A DNA stretch of 63,882 nucleotides, filler included, from Cercozoa sp. M6MM (taxonomy: Eukaryota; Protista; Endomyxa: Ascetosporea): assembly GCA_040357565.1 (NCBI GenBank). It is 10 parts of 10 records of this genome, joined end to end, with 100 filler letters (N's around TTAATTAATTAA, not from the genome) between each part and the next. Parts side by side here need not be neighbours in the genome. Positions count along the whole stretch, not along the records: positions 37,579 to 39,499 come from JBDODJ010001885.1; positions 39,600 to 41,381 come from JBDODJ010001920.1; positions 41,482 to 45,433 come from JBDODJ010001263.1; positions 45,534 to 49,313 come from JBDODJ010001315.1; positions 49,414 to 60,735 come from JBDODJ010000406.1; 5 more parts are not named here. The stretch is one strand, 5' to 3'. A program made the position numbers and the translations under genes. Each line of letters opens with the position of its first letter. The stretch's first letter is position 1. Below the pieces are notes generated by a model. That model saw only the letters and a list, made by a program, of their open reading frames with translations. It was not told the origin of the DNA and did no database searches. Below, one piece after another: positions 38,310-52,700 of the stretch.

Positions 38310-39402
38310 ATGTCGTGTCCAACACCACGTGGTGGGTCGAAAAATGCCACAGGTCTGTTAAATCTGTTTTTTTTTTCTGAGGTGCATTTCGCCACATTTT
38401 TGATTTTTGAAAAAGGCATTCGAGGCGAGTACGAAGAAAAGGGTGTTTCTGGGTTTTACGAGAGTCAAGGAGCGGAGTACACGAACCCGGTGTGTCTATG
38501 TTTAAGTGCATATGAATGTGTATGTGTGTATGCATTTTATATTTTTAATTCGTAGCACGAGCCGCGCGTGCGAAAGGCGTTGTTGGACACTCTGCGCACA
38601 GTGCCTGTCGACACCACTAGAGGTGTCTCTATTAGCTTTTTGTTTGTCGCATGTGGCTTCAGTCGGAAATTACTGACACAATAAGCAGTGCTCGATCTGT
38701 GCTGTGGCAGTGGCGAGGTGACCTCGTTCTTGCGAGACAGAGGAGTGCGCGACATTGTAGGTACAGCAGACTTTGTTTCTCTACCTTGCTGAATCCTTGA
38801 ATATTAATTGTAGGTTGTGATCCATTCACCCACGAAGCGTTTCTTAAACGAACTGTATCTCTTCCATAGTTCCACAAGTCTTGATTCTGGATGCCCCAGT
38901 TACCTTTAGGGATCACCGGCATGGCAACTTTCGTTCGCGGATATTGCCGATGGCGAGTGGGGCGGAGCTGACGAAAACGACACTGTAGACAATGAAGATG
39001 AAAATCATGACACTAACGAAAACTTTGAGCAAAACGAATACGAAAAGAACAACACATTTTCGCTGTGCGTGTGCAGCTATGCAATGCATCTGTGTCCAAC
39101 ACATCGTTTGAGCATGCTGCTATACTTTTTGGCCTGTCGATGCCGACAACTGCTTATTTTGGTTTGTTTTCTGGCTGTCAACACACATTTGCGTCTATGC
39201 CAGTGTTTCTTATTCTTTAGACCCCGCACAAGCGCCCAGTTTTGCCGCCAAACTGCGGTTTCACACTGCAACGCGAGTTTGTCGTCGAGCGCGTGCGAGT
39301 TCGGGTACACTCTGATTAGTTATAGTATCCCTGCTCTGAATCCTGTCGATGTGCTAATCCACTCAGTACTACACGTCGTCTCTGTTTGGCTCTGCGACGT
39401 GA
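38310..39402 (+). CDS. Class I SAM-dependent methyltransferase, uncharacterised family
   Basis: GIRGEYEEKGVSGFYESQGAEYTNPHEPRV, motif I VLDLCCGSGEVT, IVGCDPFT, LSFADIADG, FSLCVCSYAMHL, LTPHKRP; TGA at 39400-39402. Confidence 0.85.
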
Positions 39403-39453
39403 GGTGTGCTCTTTAGTTTGTGTGTGTCTCTGTCTCTGTCTCTGTCTCTGTCT

Positions 39454-39499
<46 letters not shown>

Positions 39500-39614
39500 N
39501 NNNNNNNNNNNNNNNNNNNNNNNNNNNNNNNNNNNNNNNNNNNTTAATTAATTAANNNNNNNNNNNNNNNNNNNNNNNNNNNNNNNNNNNNNNNNNNNNG
39601 CCCCCCTCGAACAG

Positions 39615-40759
39615 GGTGCTGAACAAGCGCGATCTGTTCGAGGACAAGCAGCGGCGTGTCGCTCTGAGCTCCATCTTCCCGGACTTTGACGGTCGGCCTG
39701 GTGGTCAGTTTACTTGACATGTGTGTCTCTCTCACTGGACACGTGTCTCACTGGGCACGTGTCTCACTGGGCACATGATCACTCTGGGCCTGTATGTGCA
39801 GACTACGATCATGCACTCGACTTTCTGCGCAACAAATTTCTGGCACGTGCGCACGACCGCGCGGACTCGGTGCGCGTGCACGTCGTGTGCTCGCTCGACT
39901 CGGCCGATGTTAGGACGGTGTGTTTTACCCTCCTTTTTACCCCCCCCCTCCCTGTATCCCTCTAGTACGCGTGTACCTTTACTCCCCATACTTTACCCCC
40001 CCCCCCCCCGGACAGGTGTTCGACTCGATCCGCGACGCGGCGCTGGCCAACGTGGAGGACGACGTGGAGCGGCGCGGTCCGAGTTCCGCGCGGCCGCCCA
40101 TGACGGAGCGCTGGCTGCGCGGACCGGCGCGCGCGCTGCCCAAGAAACGCATCAAGCGCATTGTATACCCCCTTACCCCTACCCCTTATCTCCCTTTACC
40201 CCCCCCCCCCCTGGGCAGAAGGTGAAGAGTCGCAGCAAGCACAAGCGGCAGCGGCGGCGGCGTGCGCGAAAACAGCGGTCGCCGTACCAGCCGCCGCGTG
40301 ACACGGGACGCAGCTATCCGGTAGTGTTACCCCCCTGTTTACCCCCCCCCCCCTACTTACCCCTGTCTACTCCCCGGTTTACCCCTCAGAGTATGGGTGG
40401 CTCGCGTGCGGATCAGTTGGCGGTACCCCCTACTCATGGCTCCTCCCCAATACCCCTTACTCTTACCCTGTGCAGGACGACGACGACGATTTGCAGCACC
40501 ACCATCATGGCATCACGGACAACGCCATCACCGACAACGCCAACACGGGCCTCAGCCAGCTCGTCGCCGAGCATGAGGCGCACAAGGTGTGTCAGCCCTG
40601 TACCCTCCTTGTCCCTTACCTCAACCTTACCTGCAGGAGCATCGGCGCCGTGCCTATCGTCGCGAGACGCGTCGACGCGTGAAACTTGTGTTCGGAACAG
40701 ACCAAACCAGACAACAGCAACAGCAACAACAGCAGGAAATAATGAATTTTGAACAATGA
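39615..40759 (+). CDS. Heterotrimeric G protein alpha subunit, C-terminal part with long extension (5' truncated)
   Basis: G4 LNKRDLFEDK, LSSIFPDFDG, DYDHALDFLRNKFL, HVVCSLDSADVRTVFDSIRD, followed by a spliced basic/low-complexity tail. Confidence 0.85.
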
Positions 40760-41562
40760 ACAATGACACATAGCACACTGACAGCACACATATACTCACA
40801 CATACACACACTGACTGACTGACTGACTGAGACACCTGACTGGACATAGTAAAAACAACTGAATGAGGCACGCCTATATCGCTGGGCCTGGGCCTCGATG
40901 CTTGCACGCTCAACTGCCGTTTATGTACCATACGATCCATTAGCACGACCGTTCGGTTCCGTTCACAGGCATTCATTGTACTGGACACTGATCTACTGCA
41001 CGGCAGTGACTCGACGCGGCACCACAGTACGCTAGTTATCATTGCGTTCATATTGCTCGAACTCAACATTTGATCCTCCGATTCCTCGGCACTCAATGAC
41101 TAAAACACTCCTGTACTGCGCTTCAGCGACTGGTACTAATATAAGAGAAAATCTTGCAACCTGAGTCGGTAGATCGAGTCAGCTGGCTCACTGGCCAAAA
41201 TAGTCGCTATCGTCGTGCAGTCCAAAGAGCGACTGGTCGCCCAGCACGAGGTTGCTCTCCTGCGCCTGCTCCGGCAGCACGTGCCGACTCCGACTCAGCA
41301 TGTTGCCCAGTGTCAGCGAGCTCGACAGCGCTGCGCAGGTGTGCGTGCATGCGTACCCCTTACCCCTTACCCCGCCGCCCCNNNNNNNNNNNNNNNNNNN
41401 NNNNNNNNNNNNNNNNNNNNNNNNNTTAATTAATTAANNNNNNNNNNNNNNNNNNNNNNNNNNNNNNNNNNNNNNNNNNNNCCCCCCCCCCTATTTGTTC
41501 CATCTTTACCTCTTCTTTACCCTTTCATCTGTACCCCCTCTTCACCCATCCCCCCTCCCCAG

Positions 41563-42540
41563 GCGCGAACGCGAAATGAGGCGACTGCCGCAGCGAACAG
41601 GTATTGTACCTCCCAATCCTCTCCCCATTTACCCCCCTTCCCCCGTAGTGTCGATCTGGACTTGCGTGTTGCGACACGCTAAGCACTTTACAAATCCTGT
41701 ATGCTTTGCCCTCTTTTACTTTTTACCTCTTACCGCCCTTTACAACGCAGTTGTACAAACCATGTGCGGCCGTGCTGTACCCGAGTGCTGCTGCTGCTGA
41801 CACTGTGGTACACTAACCCTTCTCCCATCTACCCCCCTCCCGCCATTTAACTCCTTGCCCTTGCCCTTACGGCAGTTGTGGGACGACATGTGGCGTCGGT
41901 GGGCGCACACGCACCGTATGGCTGCCGTGGAGGTATTGCCACCCTTGTACCCCTTTACACCGCTCCCACTTTACACCGCCCACTTTACTCCTTGTGCAGC
42001 TGCGCGAGCGCAGTGCCTTTGCGATGCCAAAACTGCGTCCGGAGTCACCAGTGTCGCAGTAGGATTGCTTCACCCCCTCTGTGAACCCCTTTGTACCTTT
42101 ACCCCCCCCCCCCCCCCCCCCCGTAGGTCAGTGGGCAAGCCAGTGTTGCCGGTCGAGCGACGCGCGTACGTCGGCTCGTCTGCGCACGCGAGTCTGTTCG
42201 AAGCGGCCGCCACGCTGCGAAAGGAACGCGATGAGGCACTCCAGAGGGTGCACACACATATATATATTTATACGGATATGTATATGTGTGTATAATGTGT
42301 ATACGGATTTGTGTAAATGTAGTTAAAATTTAGATGTATCTATGTATATGTGTGTCTGTGGAATGCGTGTGATAATTGTATATGGACATGTGTATATGTA
42401 TCTGTGTATATGGATACACATATACGGGTATATGGATATGCGTATATGGTTATGTGTATGGCACGCAGGTGCGAGAACTCAAGGTTCAACTCGCCGAGGC
42501 GCAGCGTGCCGCCGCCGGTGCCGCCACGACGCAGCAGTAG
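41563..42540 (+). CDS. Myotubularin-related protein, C-terminal part with coiled coil (5' truncated)
   Basis: LPQRTVSIWTCV..HFTNPLYKP..VLYPS..LWDDMWRRW, then LRKERDEALQRVRELKVQLAEAQ. Confidence 0.75.
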
Positions 42541-42724
42541 TAGTGCCTGTGACACCTACGCTCGCTCAGTGCAGCGCAATTGCGACGCGTCACAGCGCGA
42601 TGCACGTGTAAATTGTGATTATTTTAGCTCGCGCGATTCGGAGCTTGCGTTTCTTACTTACGTTAGTGTCGTTTACCGGGGATCTGGGGACAGGAGAGAA
42701 AGCTTGACGCTCGTGGCGGTCACG

Positions 42725-44500
<1,776 letters not shown>

Positions 44501-44866
44501 AATCGCAGAGTCGGTTCTCAGCACACGCCAAATGAGATTGTGTCCAGGAACCAACACAGCAAAAATATTGAACGGTGGCTCACCTCCGAGTGCGCCTTTA
44601 GATCGATAGCACCGACCACAGGAGCTAAAACAAGTCAACTGCAGAGCAGCTGTGATTTTACAGGTCGTCCAGAACTACCGCATCCTTAAACAACTCAAAT
44701 GGCACATGGGAAACCGTTTGCCAGCCTGATCGGTTGTCACGTAAAGTAGTCGAGTGCAGCGCAGACAGTCCTAGTACGTGTAGACTGGAACAATGAACTG
44801 AATTAACGTTAACCTGTCGCGCTCGCGTCAAGGTGAAACGTGTCGCTAAAACGGCGAGCGCGGTCT

Positions 44867-45338
44867 CTAGAGTCCGATGAACTTGACGGACTCGCAGGCG
44901 ATGGCCTGGCAGTGGTGGGTGAGCTGCCACTCGACGCAGGCGCGCCAGATCATGCGCGACTGCAGCTTCCGGAACTCGCGCTCTGCTTCCTGCGCAAGTC
45001 GTGGTCAACGGAGGTTAGTAGAACTAAATGCACATGCACAAGAAACCAATCAAACAAAACTTAAGTTTACATGCAGCTGCAGCCGGTCTTCCTCCTGCGG
45101 TAGCTGCTCTTGTTGTTGTTGTTCCTGTGGTGATGGCAACTCCAAATGTTGCCCTTGCTGCAACTCAAGCTGTTGCCCTTGCTGCAACTCCTGTTGTTGC
45201 TGCTGTTGCTCCTGTTGAGACACACAAGAGGAAGTGTTACGAGAATACAAGGAAACGACGCACAAGGAACACACATGCAGTAGCAGTCGGTTCTCCTCCT
45301 GCAGTGACTGTTCTTGCTGCTGCACTTGTTGCTGCTGC

Positions 45339-45384
<46 letters not shown>

Positions 45385-45386
45385 GC

Positions 45387-45432
<46 letters not shown>

Positions 45433-45433
45433 G
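44867..45433 (-). CDS. Gln-rich hypothetical protein, 3' fragment
   Basis: A poly-Q exon ending EENRLLLH|GT, a second exon ending EEDRLQLH|GT, and a last exon EAEREFRKLQSRMIW..KFIGL-TAG. Confidence 0.5.
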
Positions 45434-45630
45434 NNNNNNNNNNNNNNNNNNNNNNNNNNNNNNNNNNNNNNNNNNNNTTAATTAATTAANNNNNNNNNNN
45501 NNNNNNNNNNNNNNNNNNNNNNNNNNNNNNNNNTGTCCAACAAAGACCTGGCCGCACTACCGTACTTGGGTCTATCCGCGCCCCCCCCCCCCCCCGTCTG
45601 TCTGTTGATTACCCTTCTCTCTTGGTCACA

Positions 45631-46154
45631 GGGAGGACAAAGCGATGCTGCCGCGTCTCCCGAAGGAGCAGGAGGTTGCTGCTAAAAGTTCCACTGCCGC
45701 GTACGTTCTGTGTTTGTCTCTGCCTGCAGTCCTTTGTACCTTGTGCACCCTCCCATGTAGCGGCGGCAAGACACCAACGTCGGGTGAGATGAGGCCGGCG
45801 CCCGTCCTGGCCGGCCAGGCGTCGTCGCAGGCGTCGCGTGCCGACTCGGCGCTGTCCTGGCGCCGCATGGGTGCGACAGCATAATGATATCCATATATCC
45901 ATCTAGATATACATATACATATATATATATATATATATGTATGTATATATATATATGTGTGCATGCATATTTATGGGGAGTAAAATGCAGTTTCCATTTA
46001 TATTAATATTTTATGTACATGCGTCTGTGTAGACAAGGTGTTCAAGCGCAAATTGAAGGACCACGCGCGCGCCAGTGTTGACGTTGAAGTGACCGCTGAT
46101 GCCACCGAGCGCTCCTTGTTCCAGGTAGGATTGACTGGACTGACAGATAATAAC

Positions 46155-46203
<49 letters not shown>

Positions 46204-46213
46204 NNNNNNNNNN

Positions 46214-46263
<50 letters not shown>

Positions 46264-46761
46264 GCAGGTGGTGTGGCACGCGCGTCTCACAGTGTCACGT
46301 CGCCGGTGCCGTGCGGCAGGCGATGCGCAGAAGTACGTGGTGATGCAGCTGCTGCGCAAGGGTCCGCAGGTGGACCAGGGCTACTTTTACTTCTTTAAGG
46401 TAGGACACTCACAGACTGTATCGAGGCGTGTTGTGTATGTATGTGAGTGAGCGTAGAGTGCTCGCGAAGGCGCACCCGAGTCGAAGCGGTCTCTCACGGG
46501 ACCGCTGCGTGTGGAGGATGCCACAGGTGTGCCCCCTCACTCCTTTGCTGGGACCGCTCGTATCTATCACTGCCACTGATGTGTTTTCTCAGTGCGTTTC
46601 GGCCAGCACTTTGAGACGCTGGTGGGCACGGCGTGGCCGACGACGTGTGAGTCCTGCGGCGACCGCGGCAAGTATGTGCTGCGCGAGTGCTTCGTTGACA
46701 AGTGCGTTCTGTACCTAGACACTGTGTATGAGTACACACACATATGTATATATATATATAG

Positions 46762-46795
<34 letters not shown>

Positions 46796-47540
46796 ATGTA
46801 TACATGTGTATATGTTTATTACCCGGCAGGCGTGCTGGTGCCACACGCTTCGCGGAGGAGAGCAAGCAGCAGCGGCAGCAGAGGAAACTCGGACAACAGG
46901 AGCAACGCCGGCCGCAGCCAGTGTCGGTGCGAATCAACGTCAATGCCATGGCGCTCAGCGACGCCGGTCTCGGCACGGCGTCGGCTCCGTACTTGCCCGA
47001 TCTGGATTTCTGTATCTATGCGTGTTTTTGTGTCCTTGTATAAACAGTGTGGTTCAGTGTGTCTCCACGTGGACTGGTGGCCGGCAACAGTCGTGCCACG
47101 CTGGATCTGTCGCAGCTGGCGCAGCGACTGCCGGCTCCGGCTCTCCGCCGACAGCTGTCGGAAGGCGCTGTCGACGCTGCGGGTACCGACAGTGTATCTT
47201 CCTATGTGCATTGCGCTCATTTCTATATATACAAATATACATGTGTGGAGCTGTTTCAAATGGGTGTATGTGGGGTGTATGTGGGGTGTATGTGCGTGTG
47301 TTGTATTTATGCATGAAGCTGGCCGATCGCGTCGCATGAGCGTCAGTCGCGATGACAGTGACGTCGGCGCACGTATTGCGCGTCTCGACCTCAGCTTGGT
47401 ACACTTGGGATACACACGTCCAACGGTGCAGCACCACGTCGCGTATATGAATGTGTGATCAGATGCCGCCGACGCTGATGGAGAACAGCGTGCTGTCGTC
47501 GGACGCGCCGCCGCTGTCGTCGCAGCAAACTCCCAAGTAG
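45631..47540 (+). CDS. Protein with degenerate WGR-like domain (5' truncated)
   Basis: WHARL..AQKYVVMQLL..YFYFFKSAREG..GPLRVEDATVRFGQHFETLVGTAW..GKYVLRE follows the PARP-type WGR domain pattern. Confidence 0.5.
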
Positions 47541-47782
47541 CGCTCGGGCAGCATCAACGCAACCAAACACAAACCAAACCATTGAAAAGTCAACCGCGCC
47601 ACCGTGTGCGCATGCCCAATGACTAGCGTCCCGTACCGCACGCTAGTTCTGCGCAGTCAACTGCTGAAACATTTTGTCAGGATCAGTGAACTAGCCTCCT
47701 AAGTTTCGTCCGGGTTTTAACCGGATGAACCAGGCATATCTTGATCTGAGAGGGCTACGGTAACACAAACGAGGGCTGCAAC

Positions 47783-47960
47783 TCAATCGTCACGCATGGC
47801 GTCCTCACTAGTACTGCTGTCGGAGCTATCCTTGGCGTCGTCTTCTTCTTGTGCCTCTGGTTCCTGTGTCTTGCCGGAGACATAGAAGGCATCTACAGCA
47901 GCGGCGGCGGCATCGATCTAGAGAAAAGGGGTAGAGAGGGAGGGCAAGAGTATCTATATA

Positions 47961-48009
<49 letters not shown>

Positions 48010-48019
48010 NNNNNNNNNN

Positions 48020-48070
<51 letters not shown>

Positions 48071-49150
48071 AGCACCTGTCGACGAAGCAGCGACACGTCG
48101 AAACTGTCGCAGGAACGCGCGCACAACGCCGTTGCCTCGCAGGCCATCCTTGCTGCCTGCGGGAGGGGATTAAAGGGGTGGGGTAGCTGGGGGGCGGGTG
48201 AAACCTCTATCTCCGAGTCCGCGCGGAAGAGCGGNNNNNNNNNNGGGTAAAACGGGGGATAAAAAGGGGGATAAAAAGGAGATAAAAAAGGTGGATAAAA
48301 AGGGGGATAAAAAGGTGGATAAAAAGGGGTTAGGGAGAGGGGACAAACCCGAGTGAGCGTGAGAGCGAGGTGTCGTTGCAGGTGTCGCCACGACACCTCG
48401 AGCGACGCGCCGACTCGACCGACCTGCCGCAGTCTCTGCGACGCCAACACATCGCGCACCTCCCGGCGCACGCGCAGTCGCCGCTGCAGCAGGCGCAGCA
48501 CCTGCCGGGGGGGGGGGTAAACATGGGTAGACAGGGGGGGGGGTAAGGTAGACAGGGGGGTAAGGTAGACAGGGGGTAAACATGGTAGACAGGGGGAGAT
48601 TAGACGGGGGGGGTAAACAGGGGGGTAAAACCGTGTCGAGCGGCAGCGGCGCCGTGCCGCGCGGCAGCGCCGAAAAATTCGAATCTTCGCTCACGAAAAT
48701 ACCGAAAATGGCTTCATTGGATTCTTGTTGTTGTTCTTGTTGTTTTTCTTGTTGTTCTTGTTGTTGTTTTTGTTGTGTTTCTTGTTGTGTTTTTTGTTCT
48801 TGTTGTTGCTGTTGTGCATGCGCCGACAGGAGCGGCAAGGCGCCGCCGCACATCCGCGCGGACAGCAGCTGCGCATCGGCGTCGCCAGGCAGGAGGCAGC
48901 GCACCGCCGACACGACGTCGTCCTTGGACAGCGGCTCCGCCTCCGACGACGACTGCCGCGCCGATATCAGTCGCGCCATCGACACCTGTCGGGGGGGGGG
49001 GGCACCCACCGCCGGCGGCGGGGGGGGTAAACAGCAGTCACCTTGACCGGCAGCGCAGTCTCGTCGGTGCCGCCAAAGGCATCGAAATCCACGGGACCGA
49101 ACTGAGCCAACAGGTGCTCCACCTCGGCGTTGGGAGCATCCTCTGTCACA
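47783..49150 (-). CDS. Hypothetical protein, 3' fragment
   Basis: GC-rich exons separated by C-rich (sense) introns, a poly-Q/E stretch, and an acidic end with TGA at 47783-47785. Confidence 0.45.
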
Positions 49151-49418
49151 TACATACATACATACATACATACATACATACATACATACATACATACATA
49201 CATACATACATACATACATACATTCATACATTCATACATACATACATACATACATACATACATACATACATACATACATACATACATACACAAATATACA
49301 TACATACATACATNNNNNNNNNNNNNNNNNNNNNNNNNNNNNNNNNNNNNNNNNNNNTTAATTAATTAANNNNNNNNNNNNNNNNNNNNNNNNNNNNNNN
49401 NNNNNNNNNNNNNGCTTA

Positions 49419-49518
<100 letters not shown>

Positions 49519-49797
49519 CTGCCGTTCTTGCGCAGTTGGGGCATGCCGCCTCCGCTGTTCCAAAAGGCTAAGTTCTCCGAAAACGCCGCGCCGACGTCGG
49601 TCTCGGTTTAATCACACGGCAACCTGTTGTGTCACAAGGCTTGTACCACGCCAGCTTGAGGTGATGAAACAAACCTGCCAACGTGCGATTTCGCTTGCAG
49701 TCGCGTCTTGCGCTGTGGAGTTTCCCGGCCGTTCGGTTGTATAAGAATTTAAGCTGCGGTGAAACCTTATTACAGTACGTGCGGTACAATCCGAGCG

Positions 49798-52700
49798 CTA
49801 AAATGAACCAAAATTCGGCTCCGAAGTGGGAATGTTGGCGGGCAGTAGCAGCAACACGAGCACGCATGCAATCGCAACCGCGATCAGCGGGAGCATGGGT
49901 ATCCTTTCCTCGCGGCAGGTGCTTTCGCTCTGGTGCTGCAGGAGCTGCTCCACGTGCTGTTCCACCGTCTGCACACTGGCAGTGGCTAGTCTCGCCTGTC
50001 TTTGCGCCGCCTGCTCGCGTTGTCTTTGCTCAGCCTGTGCAGATTAAGTTCCATTGCAAGCAAGCATATCGCGCAATGAACATGGGTACTATACCTGTTC
50101 CACAAGTGCGTCCAAAACGTTGCGCAAACTGCGATTGCTCTGCTCGAGTGTTTGCGCCTGTTGTCTAAGTCGCACGATCGTTTTGTCGTGCCGCGAGCTG
50201 CGTCGCGCGGACAATGATTTAGCCTCAGCAAGTGCGTGTGACAGCGAGGTCAGCTCGTGCTGAAGTTGTTCAGCATAGCGTTCTTTCTCCTGCAACTAAG
50301 CACAGAGGCATTAAAATGCTGCATTGACCTACCGAAACACTCAAAAAAAGGTACCCTTTGGATCGAAGCTCCCTGCGCACACTTGAGTGCATCGACTTCG
50401 TTGCGTGCAACATGCAGTTGCTTTTCGGCATCGTTAAGCGACACCGACAGCACCTTGAGCTGCACTTCGTTTTGCACTCGGTCCAACTCGCCGTGCTGAA
50501 GTTGCAGTTGCTGACTCTGGACGCGTTTCCGTAGTTCAAACGCCTGCCCAAAAAACGGAACATCACCAACAAAAGACAAGAAAAAAGTCGCTACCTCTTC
50601 TGAGGTATCGGTGAGCTGCGTCTCCATTGCGGCAATGTGCTCGTACAGCTGCGTCATTTGCTGGAGGTTCTCCTCGCTTTGCCGCAGCTCATTCGTGGTC
50701 AATTCAACCTCTTGTTCCTGCAGCAGCAGCGCCTGTTTTGTTTCACTCAATTCTTGCAGCTTTTGCAGCTCCGAGCGCAACTCTTCCACTTCTTCGAGAA
50801 GTTCCTTGTGTTGCTCTGCACAAAAAGGGTAATCACAGTCAAATGTGATAACACAGAGATCCACGAGAGAAGGAACCTTCAAGATTGACCGTGTGTTCGA
50901 TCAGTTGCGCAGGGGCACTCCGTCGGAAGTCGGCACTCACCTGTGAGCAGCCATAGAAAAACTTGCAGCAGAGACCGAAAACTGACTGACCTGTGCATCC
51001 CAGGAGCGAGCTCGCCGCGTGCGAACCAAATGACGGTGTCGTTGCTCGTGCACACCTTCTTCGCTCTGTTTAAATCAATACGAATAAAAACATAGTGTAA
51101 CGAGGTCAAAATACCTCCTCTGGTAGCGCCGGGTGCGTCATCTCTCGCACCGTCGCGGAACGACGCACTGTCAGAGAAGCTTCATTCGACGCTCTCCTTT
51201 CCGTGTCCAAGTCGCGCATCTACTAATATCGTACTTCTGCATATCATTAACAGAAACGTTGGCACGTAATAGAACAAAAACACCGACGCACCCTTTCCCC
51301 GTCTCCGTGGTTGGAAAACGTGGCAAAGTCGAGATCGAAAAACTTGCGCGCACTCACGTTGCTTTCCTGTCTCGCGTGTGTCCTCTCGTTGTCAGGCTAA
51401 ACAAAACAGAAAAGTCAACCAAACCATGTATCTCGCACAACCGCACACCGGTCGTGATTATACCAATGCCTCCTGACTCGTGCGCATGCTGGATTTGGCA
51501 CTTCCGCGGCTTTTGCCTTCGCCTCGCTCGCTTGTTTTGTCACTCTTGTCGCTCGCTCTCTTTTGTGCCGGCGTCTGTCCCGAGTTGCGCAGGAAGGCCG
51601 AGTGATTGAGCGATTCCTGCGAGATTAACTTGGATCACACACACCAACACACACACACACACACACATACACACGCACACACACATACATACACACAGGC
51701 CCACACACACACACGGCCCACACACACACACGGACACACACAGGCACACACATACAGCACACGCACATGGGTGTACCTGTAGAGTGGCAGTGGTGCCCAC
51801 AGTTGACTGCTGCGTCGCAGGTTCTGGAACCGACGCGGGCACTTCATGCTGCGTGCTGCGCCGCAGTTTGTTAAAAAGACGGCCGAGCGAGGAAGTCTTG
51901 CGCGAGTGCTTTTTGTTGGACATACCAGCACTGGGTTCTCGGAGTCGCGCCACGCGGCTGATAACCTGAGCCATCACAAGGCGAGAGCACAGCGGGTTGC
52001 GCACGGCCTCATCGGCGACGAAAGGGTGCGAGTCCAGCACCTGCTGCGCCGTTGGTCTCTTGGCAGCGTCGTACTCGCAGCACTTGGAGATCAAGTCGCA
52101 CATGCTGTCGTACAGTTTCTGCACCAGTTTCGGATTCTTTGCGGACGCTTCCGGAAAGGCGGTTTCGGGAGTACTCGACGGCGCTATTGTGCATGTCTTC
52201 TGCGAGCGCACTGCTCGCACCTCCTCCATACTTCGAAGGTGCGCGTGCGGAGGAGCGCCGTCCACCTGCACACATACAAGACAACATAGTAAAGACAAAG
52301 TGAAATAATCAACACAGACATACAGAGTGCTACCAGCTCACACAACATGCAGCCAAAAGCGAACATGTCGCAGGCAAAACGATCAAAGTCTGCTTGGTGA
52401 GCAAGCTGCTCCGGTGCCATGAAAAGCGGCGTGCCTGCGATCCGGCGCACCTTGCTGCCAAGCAATAGATATATAAAGACGATACAGCACAGACGGAGCA
52501 GCCTAATCAAAGGAAAATCCTACCCTGTCGAGTTGTCCGCAAGATGCGAAGCAATGCCGAAATCCGCGAGTTTGATGCCATCGTCACTTACGAGAACGTT
52601 GTCGGCTTTTATGTCGCCGTGGGCCACCTTGTTTTCGTGCATGTAGGCGAGACCTTCGAGCAAGGCACGCGCAAGCACCTGAATGTCCTCGGGAGCGTAG

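Noticed and set aside
38659-39310. Minus-strand ORFs with a hydrophobic stretch
   Set aside because: Antisense shadow of the plus-strand methyltransferase.
47677-47749. Imperfect hairpin between two convergent genes (ncRNA or SECIS?)
   Set aside because: Only a 9-bp core stem plus short outer pairings, with no recognisable snRNA, snoRNA or SECIS motif. An Infernal/Rfam search would be needed.
48224-48234. CGGAAGAGCGG next to a gap, like an Illumina adapter remnant
   Set aside because: Lacks the AGAT prefix and reads as a plausible minus-strand exon (LFRADSEIE) with a GT donor.
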